This document shows, in pieces, positions 12,293 to 24,607 of a stretch of DNA of 64,000 bases. Location of the stretch: contig CM120648.1 in assembly GCA_051362555.1 (NCBI GenBank), forward strand, positions 3,902,587-3,966,586. The letters are read 5' to 3'. This stretch comes from Lingula anatina. Lineage: Eukaryota; Animalia; Brachiopoda. The notes beneath the pieces are model-generated. The model ran no database searches. It saw only the letters and a program-made list of their open reading frames with translations, and was not told the DNA's origin. The translations under genes and the position numbers were made by a program. Every line of letters begins with the position of its first letter. Position 1 is the first letter of the stretch.

Positions 12293-13807
12293 CAGGGTTG
12301 CTACTTAATATGGAATATTTTTTATCATTGTTATTTTTGAGTGCTGATTAAATATTTTTTGGCTTGATTCATCAAAAAAGTATATCATTGAGTGAGAAAA
12401 ATATCCAGTCTTCCATTGTGAGATATTTTGGTCAATAATATCAAATCTGACATAAGATGTCATTCAAAAGAAAAGAACACCCCCAGAAAACCATATCAAC
12501 AGATTGATGTCAGTATTAACTTTAAGCTAAGATATTAAAGAAAATGATAGCCTCCGGACAGTGATAAGTTACACAGTCAAAGAAATCATTACAGTAAATC
12601 ATGAAAAGTCATCAATAGCGGGTATGACCTCCAGCAGCCGCTTGCAGCGCCCTCATCCTACATGCCATACCCTGTGACAAGTTTTTTTAGAGTTTGGATG
12701 TGGATATCATTCCACGCAGTGATATTTGCCTGTCGCATTTCATCACTATTTACCGGCCGATGACCATAGCTATTAATTCTCTGAGTTACTTCCGCCCACA
12801 GATTTTCAATTGGGATCATTACTGGGGAGTTTGCAGGCCAGGGCAGTTGCTGAACCTACTGGTTTTGAAGAAAAACAGTGATTCTGCGAGCTCGATGTGG
12901 GGTTGCACAGTCGTCTTGGTACACAAAGCTATTCCTAAAGATGACTCTTACAAATCGAAGCATTGTTTGCTGTAGAATGTCTCTGTAGGAACCCTGGTTG
13001 AGGTTGCCTCCCAGAAAAACCAACTGGTTCTGGACACCGGCATGGAATGTGATTCCAGTGTTTTGGCTGCAAAAGCACGTGGTTCCCAGCCCATTGCAGA
13101 CGTCGCTGTATATGACCTGCTGTTAACAGTGGTTTACGTACTGGTCTTCGTGCAAAATAACCAGTTTGCTGTAATCTTTTGTTCACAAGGGACCTTGAAA
13201 CGGGCGTTTGAAAGGCATTCTGCCACTCTTTTTTGAGGACACTGGTTGTCTTTGTACGACCAGCACGGCGCACTCTAAGGAGAAGGCGATCCTGTCTTCT
13301 TGGTGTGGTACGCGGACACCCTGGTGGAAGTATTGGAGTAGGTGCCCCTGTTGTAGCATTTGTTTGGAGGACTTTATTAACGGTTCCTGAAAAATGTTGA
13401 ATTGTCTGGCAATGGCTATCCGTTTCTAGCCATTTTCTCTGAGAGAAAGAATCCCATAGTAAGCTGCGTTGCTTAGCTGTCGAACCATATCTTCTCTAAG
13501 GTAACTGACAAGTTTCAGAGCGATCCCTTTGTTGCTTCTCTAAATACACTCCAAAGATTGACCAAACCCATGCGCTTTTATACAAGGGCAGAAATTGCCG
13601 AAAAGACCACCCCTCACATTTCTGACCACAGAACATGCAACTGCTTACATTAATTGTTTCGAAAGTTGCATGGTAATTAGGTAACACACCTGGCTACACA
13701 TAGAGTGACACATCAGTTTTGGATTTAAAATAGTTGGAGAGAAATTAAATATTTTGTAGAACATTTTCTCGACAAAAAATAATATTCCATATTAAGTGGT
13801 AACCCTG
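12293..13807 (-). mobile_element. Tc1/mariner DNA transposon (1515 bp), TA TSD
   Basis: TIR cagggtt(g/a)c(t/c)acttaatatggaatatt at both ends, TA on both flanks, and transposase remnants inside. Confidence 0.92.
12612..13488 (-). pseudogene. Degenerate Tc1-like transposase
   Basis: RRPVRKPLLT..H...RLQWA, YQDDCATPHRAR, WPANSPVMIPIENLW and terminal GGHTRY* are recognisable. It has stops and frameshifts, and the first catalytic (FSDE) block is missing. Confidence 0.88.
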
Positions 13808-16019
13808 TATCTGTCAGTCATGGTTGTACAGTATGCTTGTATCGACTTAACAGATCATGTCGTTTTAATTTCTGGCCAAAAGATGCCAACGTTTGGACCA
13901 ATTTCACCTCGTTGATCATGTCGTTTTAATTTCTGTGACAAATGTAATTTCAATGATCTTTATTACTGTCTGACCACAGAGTCTGCAAGTAGTATGTATT
14001 AAAAATATTGTACCGGATGCTGTACTTCAAATTTGTATTCTATTCTAGAGGCTCCTGATATCAGAGGATAGAACTTTATAGGGTTGAAGGTATAGCCATC
14101 GTTCTTCTGTACGAGACCCTTCTGGCTGTTGAAATTATTTTTTTTATTTACTATTTATTCCTTTATTTGTGCGGACTGTAAATGCTAATGAGGTTTATAG
14201 ATTTAATATACTAATCAAGATTTTCTTTAAAATATCAAAATTGTTGTTTGTATGCATGTAAGATGTCGTGGACTGTGCAAGAGACTTGTATAGTGCAATT
14301 GTCTATTTCATGTACTTATATTCCACTATATTTACTCAGCTTTACATCAGATCATAAAATTGGGGTAAAATGATGGGGAAAAAAAGTTAGAACATAGATT
14401 TTTATACACTCAAATTACTGATTGTAACCTTTAAATCAAGATGCAAATTACTGCTTCTAAAGTGTAGGCTAGGGAACAAATGCCTTCAATTTTCTGTTAC
14501 TGTTTATCAGATAAAAGAAATGTATTGATTTGTACTTATGGTTTATAAATATGTCCGTTCAATAAATAATGCTTCTATAGCCACGCCATTCTATGTATTG
14601 TATTCAGTGAGTAATGATAAGAGGTGGGTTGAGTTTTAGGACCCAGTGGCCCTTAGTGCACTCAATGAAAACTTTTCACGTGTGCAGTTATCAGGATTAT
14701 TGTCTCTGACCACATCACGCTTTTTATTTATTTTATTATTTTTTTTTTTTGGAGGGGGGGGGGCGAGGGGGAGCTATGAACAGTTTGTGTTCTGTTCACT
14801 CATTCCTTTTATTATGTCATTAGTTGTTGTTCCATGAGTTACTTAATAATCAAACTTTGAATCTTTATATCTCTGTGTTGCTCTGAACAATCTGAACGCT
14901 CTTTTACTGAAAAAAATTTGGTTGAAAATGAACATCAAAAGAAAAGAAACACGTTTTTGTAGAATAGAAGAATACAACTGGCAAAATTGATTACTCTACT
15001 CATTTTTTCTTGACGCAAACTGGCCGTTGCTCAAATGATTCCCTAGATTTTTTTTTTTTTTTTTTGAGAAAGGCGCCAATAAAGTCGAAGCCTACCAAGG
15101 TTACGTGTCTAACGATTACCCGTATACCGGCGCAATGAGACACCCTTTCGCCAATTTCAACTAACACAATGAGGCACTGTCTCGCTTATCTCAACTAACA
15201 CAATTCGGTGGTTTGGGGCTCGTTTAGCCTCTTTTATCTATTGCTATTTTTTTTTTTTGTGACACGGTATCATCACCCCTAGACTGTCTGCTTTATACAT
15301 AAGCAAGAACTACACGAGCCGGAAATAGAAAAGATGTGGTTTGGGAGAAGTTACTTATAGCAACTTATAGTAACTGGCTCGCGCTGCCAGTAATTACGCC
15401 GCGGGATATTTAGGGCACAGACCGTGATCATAAGACATACCGCAAATGGAAAATAGAATTTAGAAAATAGACATTGCATGGGAATGAAGCCTTAATCATT
15501 GACCGAATTTTACATTTGAGTTATCAGAACTAAGTTACATAAAAAACACCTTATTTGATACTTGTCATTTTAGCTAGAACACAATGAGGGATCTGGAGTT
15601 GTCAATTTAGAATATCTAAGCAATAGATCAAGGTTATTAAACTATTAAATTTTTCGATAAACTCCACCAGAAAGAATATCAGAGTAAGCTAGTAACGCTG
15701 AAAGCTTCCAAAAAGATGACAAGCAAAAAAAAAGTTTGAATTGTATGAATATATGATAAACAATTCTGTAGGCCTTACGCAATGCAGCATCTAAATTAAT
15801 AACCATAGATGAGCTGTTTTATACGATCCCCATCAATTGCTGTCTTGCATTATCGCTAGGTGAATACACAGTGAGATGTAATTTTTTCGACGCCCCGAAG
15901 GTACCTATATACAGGAAATTCTAGCGTGGAGATCGCTGGTAAAACTCACAGTAAAAAGGACTTCACATTTTATATATTATTTAATTTTTTTACAAGTTAC
16001 ACACAACTAAGGGTACGAG

Positions 16020-16077
16020 ATGTTGCTTTTATTGACGGCGATCGCAGTTGTGGATATTGCAGTTGGCGATGGGCGTT
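16020..16077 (+). other. Extra copy of the LamG-PAN signal-peptide exon (MLLLLTAIAVVDIAVGDGR + phase-1 gtaagt donor) with its upstream block, lacking its own downstream exons
   Basis: Near-identical to 6543..6597 and 19314..19371, with intact ATG and donor. Confidence 0.75.
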
Positions 16078-16309
16078 GTAAGTACATAGTTCACGTATGT
16101 TTCTTTATTCTTTCATTTTAATGATGTACTGGAATTTGATGTCAGAAGTTATTTTTGTAATTGAGCATGAAATAATTTATACGTGTTACTGACCAACTCT
16201 CGTAAAAAAGGTGAAAACTGGTAGAAAAAACAGAGAAATAAATTGGGAGTTACAAAATTTTCGGTGGGTCGTGGCTTTGATATGGCAATTTAAATACTCA
16301 AAATCAATT

Positions 16310-16346
<37 letters not shown>

Positions 16347-18550
16347 CGTTTAGCCTCTTTTATCTATTGCTATTTTTTTTTGTGACACGGTATCATCACC
16401 CCTAGACTGTCTGCTTTATACATAAGCAAGGACTACCTGACCTGGAAATAGAAAAGATGTGATTTGGGAAAAGTCATAATAAACTAGATACTTCAAAGAC
16501 CGGTCTTAATTCTAAATATTTTGCGAGAAACTGTTGATAGAAGAGTATGAAGAGGCATTTAGAAATAAAATACTTACACTTCTGCACAGAAAAGGACACT
16601 TTTTTTCCAGTTTAAGTGTAAGCTGTGATGCACGTGGAGTGGGGGTATAAGGGGTGGGTGATACCAAATATCAGATTTAACCTCGGTAATGGATGCTCAA
16701 AAGTGCCTATTATAAATTGAAAGTGAAGCAACAGCAGGGGAATTAATTAAGTTTCAATAAGCTAGATCTCCTCCAGTAGACTGTAAAACGCGAAGGTTAA
16801 TATAATAATATTTCCACCCTGAACTGATAAATAGAAAGATAATATGCGGTCCATGATTTGCAGACCTGAAACAGTTATGTGGCTTTTCGGTTAATTTGAA
16901 GACGAAGTAGAAATTTTCTAAAGTGAATTCTTGAATAACTGAGAGTGTCTCTTGTAAACGGATACAGGCTGCTAACTTTGGATTGACTTTGTAGAAATAA
17001 AAATAATGGTGACGCATATATTTATCATCAATATCCACGGGTAGTTAGATGTGCAATTTCATGTAACCTTACACGGGTATTTTAATTATTGACCGGATTT
17101 TACATTTGGATCAATTGAGTTATCAGAACCACGTTACATAAAAAACACATTATTTGACACTTGTCATTTTAGCTAGAACACAATGAGGGATCTGGAGTTG
17201 TCAATTTAGGATATCTAAGCAATAGATCAAGGTTATTAAACTATTAAATTTTTTCGATAAACTCTACCATAAAGAATATCAGAGTAAGCTAGTTACGCTG
17301 AAAGGGTCCAAACAGATGACAAGCAAAAAAAGTTTGAATTGTATGAATATATGATAAACAATTCTGTAGGCCTAAGGCAATGCAGCATCTAAATCAATGA
17401 CCATAGATGAGCTGTTTTATACGATCCCCATCAATTGCTGTCTTGCATTATCGCTAGGTGAATACACAGTGAGATGTTATTTTTTCGACGCCCCGAAGGT
17501 ACCTATATACAGGAAATTCTAGCGTGGAGATCGCTGGTAAAACTGACAGTAAAAAGTACATCATATTATTTTATACAATTTTCGGTGGGTCGTGACTTTG
17601 ATATGGCAATTTAAATACTCCTAGCTTTTTATTTGGGACACAGTATCAATTTTTTTTTTGTGTGTGTGTGTGTGTTTCGTTTAGCCTCTTTTATCTATTG
17701 CTATTTTTTTGTGACACGGTATCATCACCCCTAGACTGCTGCTTTATACATAAGCAAGGATTACCTGACCTGGAAATAGAAAAGATGTGATTTGGGAAAA
17801 GTCATAATAAACTAGATACTTCCAAGACCGGTCTTAATTCTAAATATTTTGCGAAAAACTGTTGATATAAGAGTATGAAGAGGCATTTAGAAATAAAATA
17901 CTTACACTTCTGCACAGAAAATGAAATGTTTTTTCTTCAGTTTAAATGTGAGCTGTGATGCACGTGGTGTGGGGGTATAAGCATGGGTGATACCAAATAA
18001 CAAATTAAACCTCGGTAATGGATGCTCAAAAGTGACTAATTAGATTAGGAAGTGAAACAACAGCAGGGGAATTAATTCAATTTCAATAAGTTAGGTCTCC
18101 TCCAGTTAAAACAACATAAAGCAGCATATAATGTAGAAAGGCTATTACTTTTTTCCCTTATAGACTATAAAACGTGCAGGTTAATATTTCCTTCCTGAAC
18201 TGATAAATAAAAAGATAATATGCAGTCTATGATCTGCAGATCTGAAACAGTTATGTGGCTTTTCGGTTAATTTGAAGACGAAGTAGAAAATTTCGAAAGT
18301 GAATTCTTGAATAACTGAGAGTATCTCTTGTAAACAGATGCAGGCTGCTAACTTTGGATTGACTTTGTATTAGTCACACATAAAAATAATGGTGACGCTT
18401 ATTTATCATCAATATCCACGCGTAGTTAGATGTGCAATTTCCTGTAACCTTACATGGGTATTTTAATTATTGACCGAATTTTTCAATTGGATCAATTGAG
18501 TTATCGGAACTACGTTACATAAAAACACATTATTTGACACTTGTCACTTT

Positions 18551-18866
18551 CAGGCCTACCCAACTACCAGACTCGGCACCGAATGATCCTGAATTCACCG
18601 GTAGATCGGACCACACTACCCGTTTTCAAGGTGTGTATCAGTACGCATTTCACAGTATCAGACACGACACCGCTCTTGCCTAGTACGCGATGTGATAGTG
18701 ACGATTCTCAGCGGGGTTGAAAGCATTGCATTACCACTCAAAATTTGTTCGGGGTATGATACTGTGAAATGCGTACTGACTCTCACCTTGAAAACGGGTA
18801 GTGTGGTCCGATCTACCGGTGAATTCGGGATCATTCGGTGCCGAGTCTGGTAGTTGGGTAGGCCTG
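18551..18866. mobile_element. 316-bp MITE with about 110-bp TIRs (CAGGCCTACCC...) and 5-bp TSD acttt
   Basis: Near-perfect inverted arms, acttt on both flanks, and empty sites ttgtcattttagctagaac at about 15562 and 17161. Confidence 0.93.
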
Positions 18867-19313
18867 ACTTTAGCTAGAACACAATGAGGGAGTTGTCAAT
18901 TTAGAATATCTAAGCAATAGATCAAGATTATTAAACTATTAAATTTTTTCGATAAACTCTACCATAAAGAATATCAGAGTAAGCTAGTTACGCTGAAAGG
19001 GTCCAAACAAATGACAAGCAAAAAAAGTTTGAATTGTATGAATATATGATAAACAATTCTGTAGGCCTAAAGCAATGCAGCATCTAAATCAATAAACATA
19101 GGTGAGCTGTTTTATACGATCCCCATCAATTGCTATCTTGCATTATCGCTAGGTGAATACACAGTGAGATGTTATTTTTTTTCGACGCCCCGAAGGTACC
19201 TTTATACAGGAAATTCTAGCGTGGAGATCGCTGGTAAAACTCACAGTAAAAAGTACATCATATTTTATATATTATTTTATTTTTAAAAAGTTGCACACAA
19301 CTAAGGGCACGAG

Positions 19314-20227
19314 ATGTTGTTTTTATTGATGGCGATCTCAGTCGCGGATATTGCAGTTGGCGATGGGCGTTGTAAGTACATAGTTCACGTATGTTTGTTT
19401 ATTCTTTCATTTTAATGGTGTACTGAAGTTTGATGTCACAAGTTTTTTTTTAATTGAACATGAAATAATTTATACGTATTACTGATCCGCTCTCGAAAAA
19501 AAGGTGAAAACTGGTAGAAAAAACAGAGAAATTAATTAGGAGTTAGAAAATGGAATCGTAAATGGTAATTATTTCAATTGCTTTTTTTAAAAGATTAACC
19601 CTTGTGAAAAAGAGGCAATCACCAGTCCCTGCGATATAGGTAGAACAATAGTGTCATTGGGGATGCGCCTTGATAGAAAATAGTGAAGCAGGGAAAAATA
19701 TTCTTATCAACATAACGCAGTGAATTTCAGAATAAACTTCGCCCCAGTAGTGTTACAAATACATGTCATATGTTCTGACGACAGCTAATTTCCGGTGGTC
19801 CGTGACTTTGATATGGTAATTTAAATACTCCTAGCCTTTTTACGCGTTTAATTTGTACCAGACTATTTCAGAATTAGCCAATTTATATTTTTAATACTCT
19901 TAGCACAAAAACTCGTCGGAATGAAAATACATTGGATACATTATATATGTCTCTAAAGAGATATTTTGCTTCTTTCAGCGGTTCTTCCTCGCCCAGCGGG
20001 TTTTTGGCCGCTCACAAAACGATACCATGGCTTGGACGTCAGTGGGAATGGTAACCACGCCCTAGTACAGGACGTCGATTTTAACGCAGGTAAGTGAGCC
20101 ACAGAGGGAAAGAATAGCGCCTGATGGCAAAATTGTACGTCTTTATTTATTTATTTATTTATTTATTTATTAGTATTATTGTGCAACCTGAGTAGTTGTG
20201 GTGAGTAGGTAATAATACATTTAAAAA

Positions 20228-20259
<32 letters not shown>

Positions 20260-21526
20260 TATCTGGTGAATCTAGAGTTTTGTTGTTTGCCAATTGTGGG
20301 AGATGAAGAATATGAAAAACTCAGAAGACGAAGAGTCCATTTTTACTATATATATATATATATATTACGATGGTCACATGGATGGAAAATTATATATTTT
20401 TCTCCAGTTTCTCTCCTTGGATGCGCCTCTGCACAAATACATTGAGTTCTTATTTCTTGTCATTCCTCTAGGCATTTATGGCATTGGCGAAGGCTCGGCT
20501 AAATTTGCAGGCACAGTTTCTTCCTTCATCGAAATCCCAAACAACGGAGCATTGAACGTCAGTTCTTTCACATGGCTGGCCTACGTGCGCCTACGGTATA
20601 TATCGGATTGGGCTGGAACCCTGTTTGACTTTCGTAGTAGCGAGGACAATAATGTTCAAGGAATTGTCATATTGGCTTTTTTGGGGATTTTCTATATTTG
20701 CCCTGTGATGGACGAGAGAACCTGTCGCTCAGGGCCTTATTCATTACAAGTCCTCACTGACGCTGCCTGGGTCTATGCTGGATTCACGTACGATGCCCAG
20801 ACCGGGATGATTAGCTTGTGGGTGGACGGCGTGGAGGCGGGTCATTTTCAGCACACTCCTCAACTGAATCTTACCACCGACACACCTGTCCGCATCGGTG
20901 CCAAACACAGTTCCACGGGAGACCCCAGGTGTTTCTCCGGTGCCTTGAGGTGTGTCCAATGGTACGGAGTCGCTTTATCTGCAGAACAGATCCAACAGAC
21001 CGTGAAGCTGTGCAGAGAGCCTGGTAAGTACTAGTACCTGTATAATGATAATTAAAAATAATGTGTACAGAATCTACATACTGAACGACGGCGACGAGGT
21101 TATGTATTCACCTCCGTTTTTCTGTCTGTTTGTTGTTATAAGCCTAACTTAAAAGCTTCCGGATTGATTTTGATGAAATATCCAGTATAGGTCAGAAGTG
21201 ACCTGTATTAATTTATCTTGCTATTAAGAAAGTTTGTGTCTGTTTCAGTACACGGAGCACAGTACAAGGTTCACCGTGGTTACAATATGGGCACAGACTC
21301 TTCACTAATATACAGATCCGAGCAGAACATCCATTGTCTCATACAATGCTCCGCCCTCTGTTCCCGAGACTACAACTGTCTATCAGTGAATTATTTGGAG
21401 GCTACTTCAACCTGTGAGCTCAGCAAATACTCCACCGTCTACAACAGCAGCCTACAGCTCACCCGACGTTCAGAGGGCGAGGTGCACGCCGAACTTTTGC
21501 ATCCCGTGAATATGTTGTCTGATTGA
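19314..21526 (+). CDS. Secreted LamG + PAN/Apple protein, copy 2: join(19314..19371,19979..20089,20472..21023,21249..21526), 332 aa
   Basis: Same exon structure and phases as copy 1, with an open frame throughout. Confidence 0.85.
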
Positions 21527-23946
21527 GATAAGTGGCGAGTCTAGACTAAGGGCTCATTCCCCATGAAACCACTGTTTTACGTAGATCGATCCAAATCCAC
21601 GAGGGACTTTTGCTGAATGCATTCAGATTAACAGATTTCAATATTAAAACACTCCTCCTACTGGTGTAGTGCGGTGACAAACGTAATGTCCATGATCTTT
21701 ATTACTCTCTTACATGTTCATGTACCACAGAGTCTGCAAGTGCTGTAGTCTGTTACAGAATTATTGTATCGGATGCTTTAATTAAATTTTGTATTCTATT
21801 CTAGAGGCTCTTGATATCAGAGGATAGAACTTTATAGGGTTGAAAGTATAGCCAGCGTTCTTCTGTACGAGACCTTTCCAGCTGTTGAAATTATTTTTTT
21901 ATTTACTATTTATTCCTTTATTTGTGCGGACTGTAAATGCTAATGTTGTTTCTACATTTAACATACTAATCAAGATTTTCCTTAAAATATCAAAATTGTT
22001 GTTTGTATACATGTAAGCTGTCATGGACTGTGCGATAGACTGTCGGATAATGAGACAAATATGATATTGTAATATGTAAACAGAATTTATTCTTGTTGTA
22101 TAGTACAAGTGCCTAGTTCATGTACGTATATTCCACTGTATTTACTCGGATTTACAACAGATCACGTCGTTTAACTTTTAGTCAAGTAGGGCAACGTTTG
22201 GACAAGCCGAAAATATTCATAAAATTGGGGGGAATTTTTGATAATTTTGATGTAGGGACACAATAGCTAGCTAGAACGTAGATATTTAAACACCCATATT
22301 ACAGATTGTAACCTTTAAATCAATATGTAAATTACTGTTTCAATAGCCTTGGGCTAGGTAACAGCTGCCTTCAATTTTCCGTTACTTTTTATCATATAAA
22401 CAAAAATATACATGTATTGCTTTGTACTAATGGGTTATAAATGTGTCTGTTCAATAAATATTGCTTTAAGCCAAGCCATTCTACAGGTATTATATTCAGC
22501 GGGTATATTATATTATTATATTCAGCGTGAAATGAAAAACCTACTGGAAGTTTCTTCTTTTCCTGATGACAACAGTCTATCTCTTAGCTATTTCTTTCCA
22601 TCCAGATGGTATCCCTTCACTCAAAGATCATTAAAAGATTTCCTACAATAAATGAAACCAATCAGAAGCAAAACAAAGATAAACAGTGGACCGAGTGTTA
22701 GAGTCCCAGTAGGCCTTAGTGCATTCAATGAAAACTTTAAACTAAAGCATTTGGGGATGGGGGTGGGGGGGGCTGAAAATGTGAGTTCTGTGGTAATGTA
22801 TTATATTCACATCGAGCGCACGTTCATTTTATCCAGCAGATTGAACACAGTTCCACAAAGTGCACAGCACTTGGTCATCACATTATAGATTTTTCCGGTT
22901 CGGCTGATTTATCCATTTCCAAATTTAATCTTTTTGCAGCACCTTTCAACCCCATCTTCATTTGATAGGGGTGTTTTTAAAAGCAACAATGCACGTAAAA
23001 CGATTGAAAATTGCGCGTGTCTTTCATAATTTACATTTATCCTTGTCGACGCCTTTTTTCAAGTTGTTATTCTGGAATACGCTATACAAATGTGTGCTTG
23101 TGGACAAAGCAAACAGAAATTTCCAAAATTAAATCTGAATTATGCAAAGGATATCAAATAGCTGCCTTTTATACAACGAGTAACACTAGTACTGAGCCTC
23201 AACGTCGAGCTTCACACATCTTTCATATTAGCCTAAAACATCAAAACAAAGTAATAAACCACTATAAGTTAATGAACAAGTTAGTCAAGGTAGTGGAAGC
23301 AGGTTTGTTTTGGTTTGGTTTGTTTTACTTTCAAGTTTGCAATCAATAATACACTAAGCTTGTAAAACTAATCATTCTTCCAAACAATTCATATCTACTA
23401 CAGAGACCGTATTCCCAGAAGGCTTTTGTTCCATTAATCTAAACGGTATTTCTAAATTTCTCTAAATATTTAATTCAGGAAATTCGGGAGTTTTATGGTT
23501 CCAAAAGAACTTTGCCAAGATCTTTGCGTGGTATAAATGCAGATTAATAAAACATTCATTGTAATCATTGTCATTCTTTATTCGAAACTAAATGTATGTA
23601 TTTTTTGTGTGTTATTTTTTCAGATATCGAAGGGACCCCCCCCCCCCCCCCGACACCCCCCTAAATCCGCCACTGAGATGTATGCCAAATTTGTCGCAGT
23701 GGTATCTCGGAAAAAGAAGGCCCAGGGGCCGAAAGCTCGGATTGTATTTAACAACTATAATGTAGATCTTTCTAGGTGTATCAATATATATATATACTTC
23801 TATTTTTATCAAGATCTATACGGTGAAGCAACATGAATCCTCAATAATCTCAACTAACACACTGTTTCGCTGTCTAGCTTTGCCCGTTTTATATGTCGAT
23901 GAGTTTTGGTGACACAATATCAATACATCTGAACTATACAACACAA

Positions 23947-24102
23947 CAGGGCCGTAGCCTCCGGGGGGGCAGGGGGGGCAGCTGCCCCCCCTGGAATTTG
24001 GAATTTTACACACCACACCCTCCCCCCTCGGTAGCTTCGCCCCCTCGTGTCCGCTTACTGCCCCCCCCCCCCCCCCGGCATTTTGCTCAGGCTACGGCCC
24101 TG
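23947..24102. mobile_element. MITE with CAGGGCCGTAGCCT TIR and 5-bp TSD cacaa
   Basis: Perfect 14-bp TIR and TSD read directly. Same family as 44103..44557. Confidence 0.9.
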
Positions 24103-24548
24103 CACAATAAATACCAGTCTCTGACAAGAATGGTCGGTCTGTAGTCTAAATATCTTGCGAGAAGAAACTGATGATTATGAGATGGCCTCTAGGAATAAAA
24201 TAATTATAGACGTAACTACAAAGAAAACAAATTTAATGTCTCGAGATTAAATTTTCCAATGGGAGGGGCAAGGTGGTTGATATAAAATACAAATTTAAAA
24301 ATTTCAACTTTGCCAATGCGTTGCAATGCCTGCCTTACCCCTGCATCTTCTTGATCGACAGAAAAGCTAGAGACCGACGACGAATTTAATGGATGATCCA
24401 TCTATCTTGTGAAACATCATTTTATATAACTTCTTCCTTTTTGAGTCAATATCAGTATTTGGTATATTTCAATAAGGAAGTAAAGCATCAGCAGGGCAAT
24501 TAATTAAGTTTTAATAAGCGAGATCTCCTCCAGTTAAAACACTATACC

Positions 24549-24607
<59 letters not shown>

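Larger units (their letters stand above)
4760..22740 (+). repeat. Tandem segmental duplication: unit 1 about 4760..14676, unit 2 about 14677..22740
   Basis: Colinear near-identical blocks at 4790/14760, 6543/19314, 7207/19979 and 10768/21249, and shared ends cc..ttagtgca.tcaatgaaaacttt at 14650..14676 and 22714..22738. Boundaries are approximate. Confidence 0.85.

Noticed and set aside
14677-22740. Duplication as a haplotype assembly artefact
   Set aside because: The units differ by several transposon insertions, internal repeats and strongly diverged coding blocks. True paralogy is more likely, though long reads would settle it.
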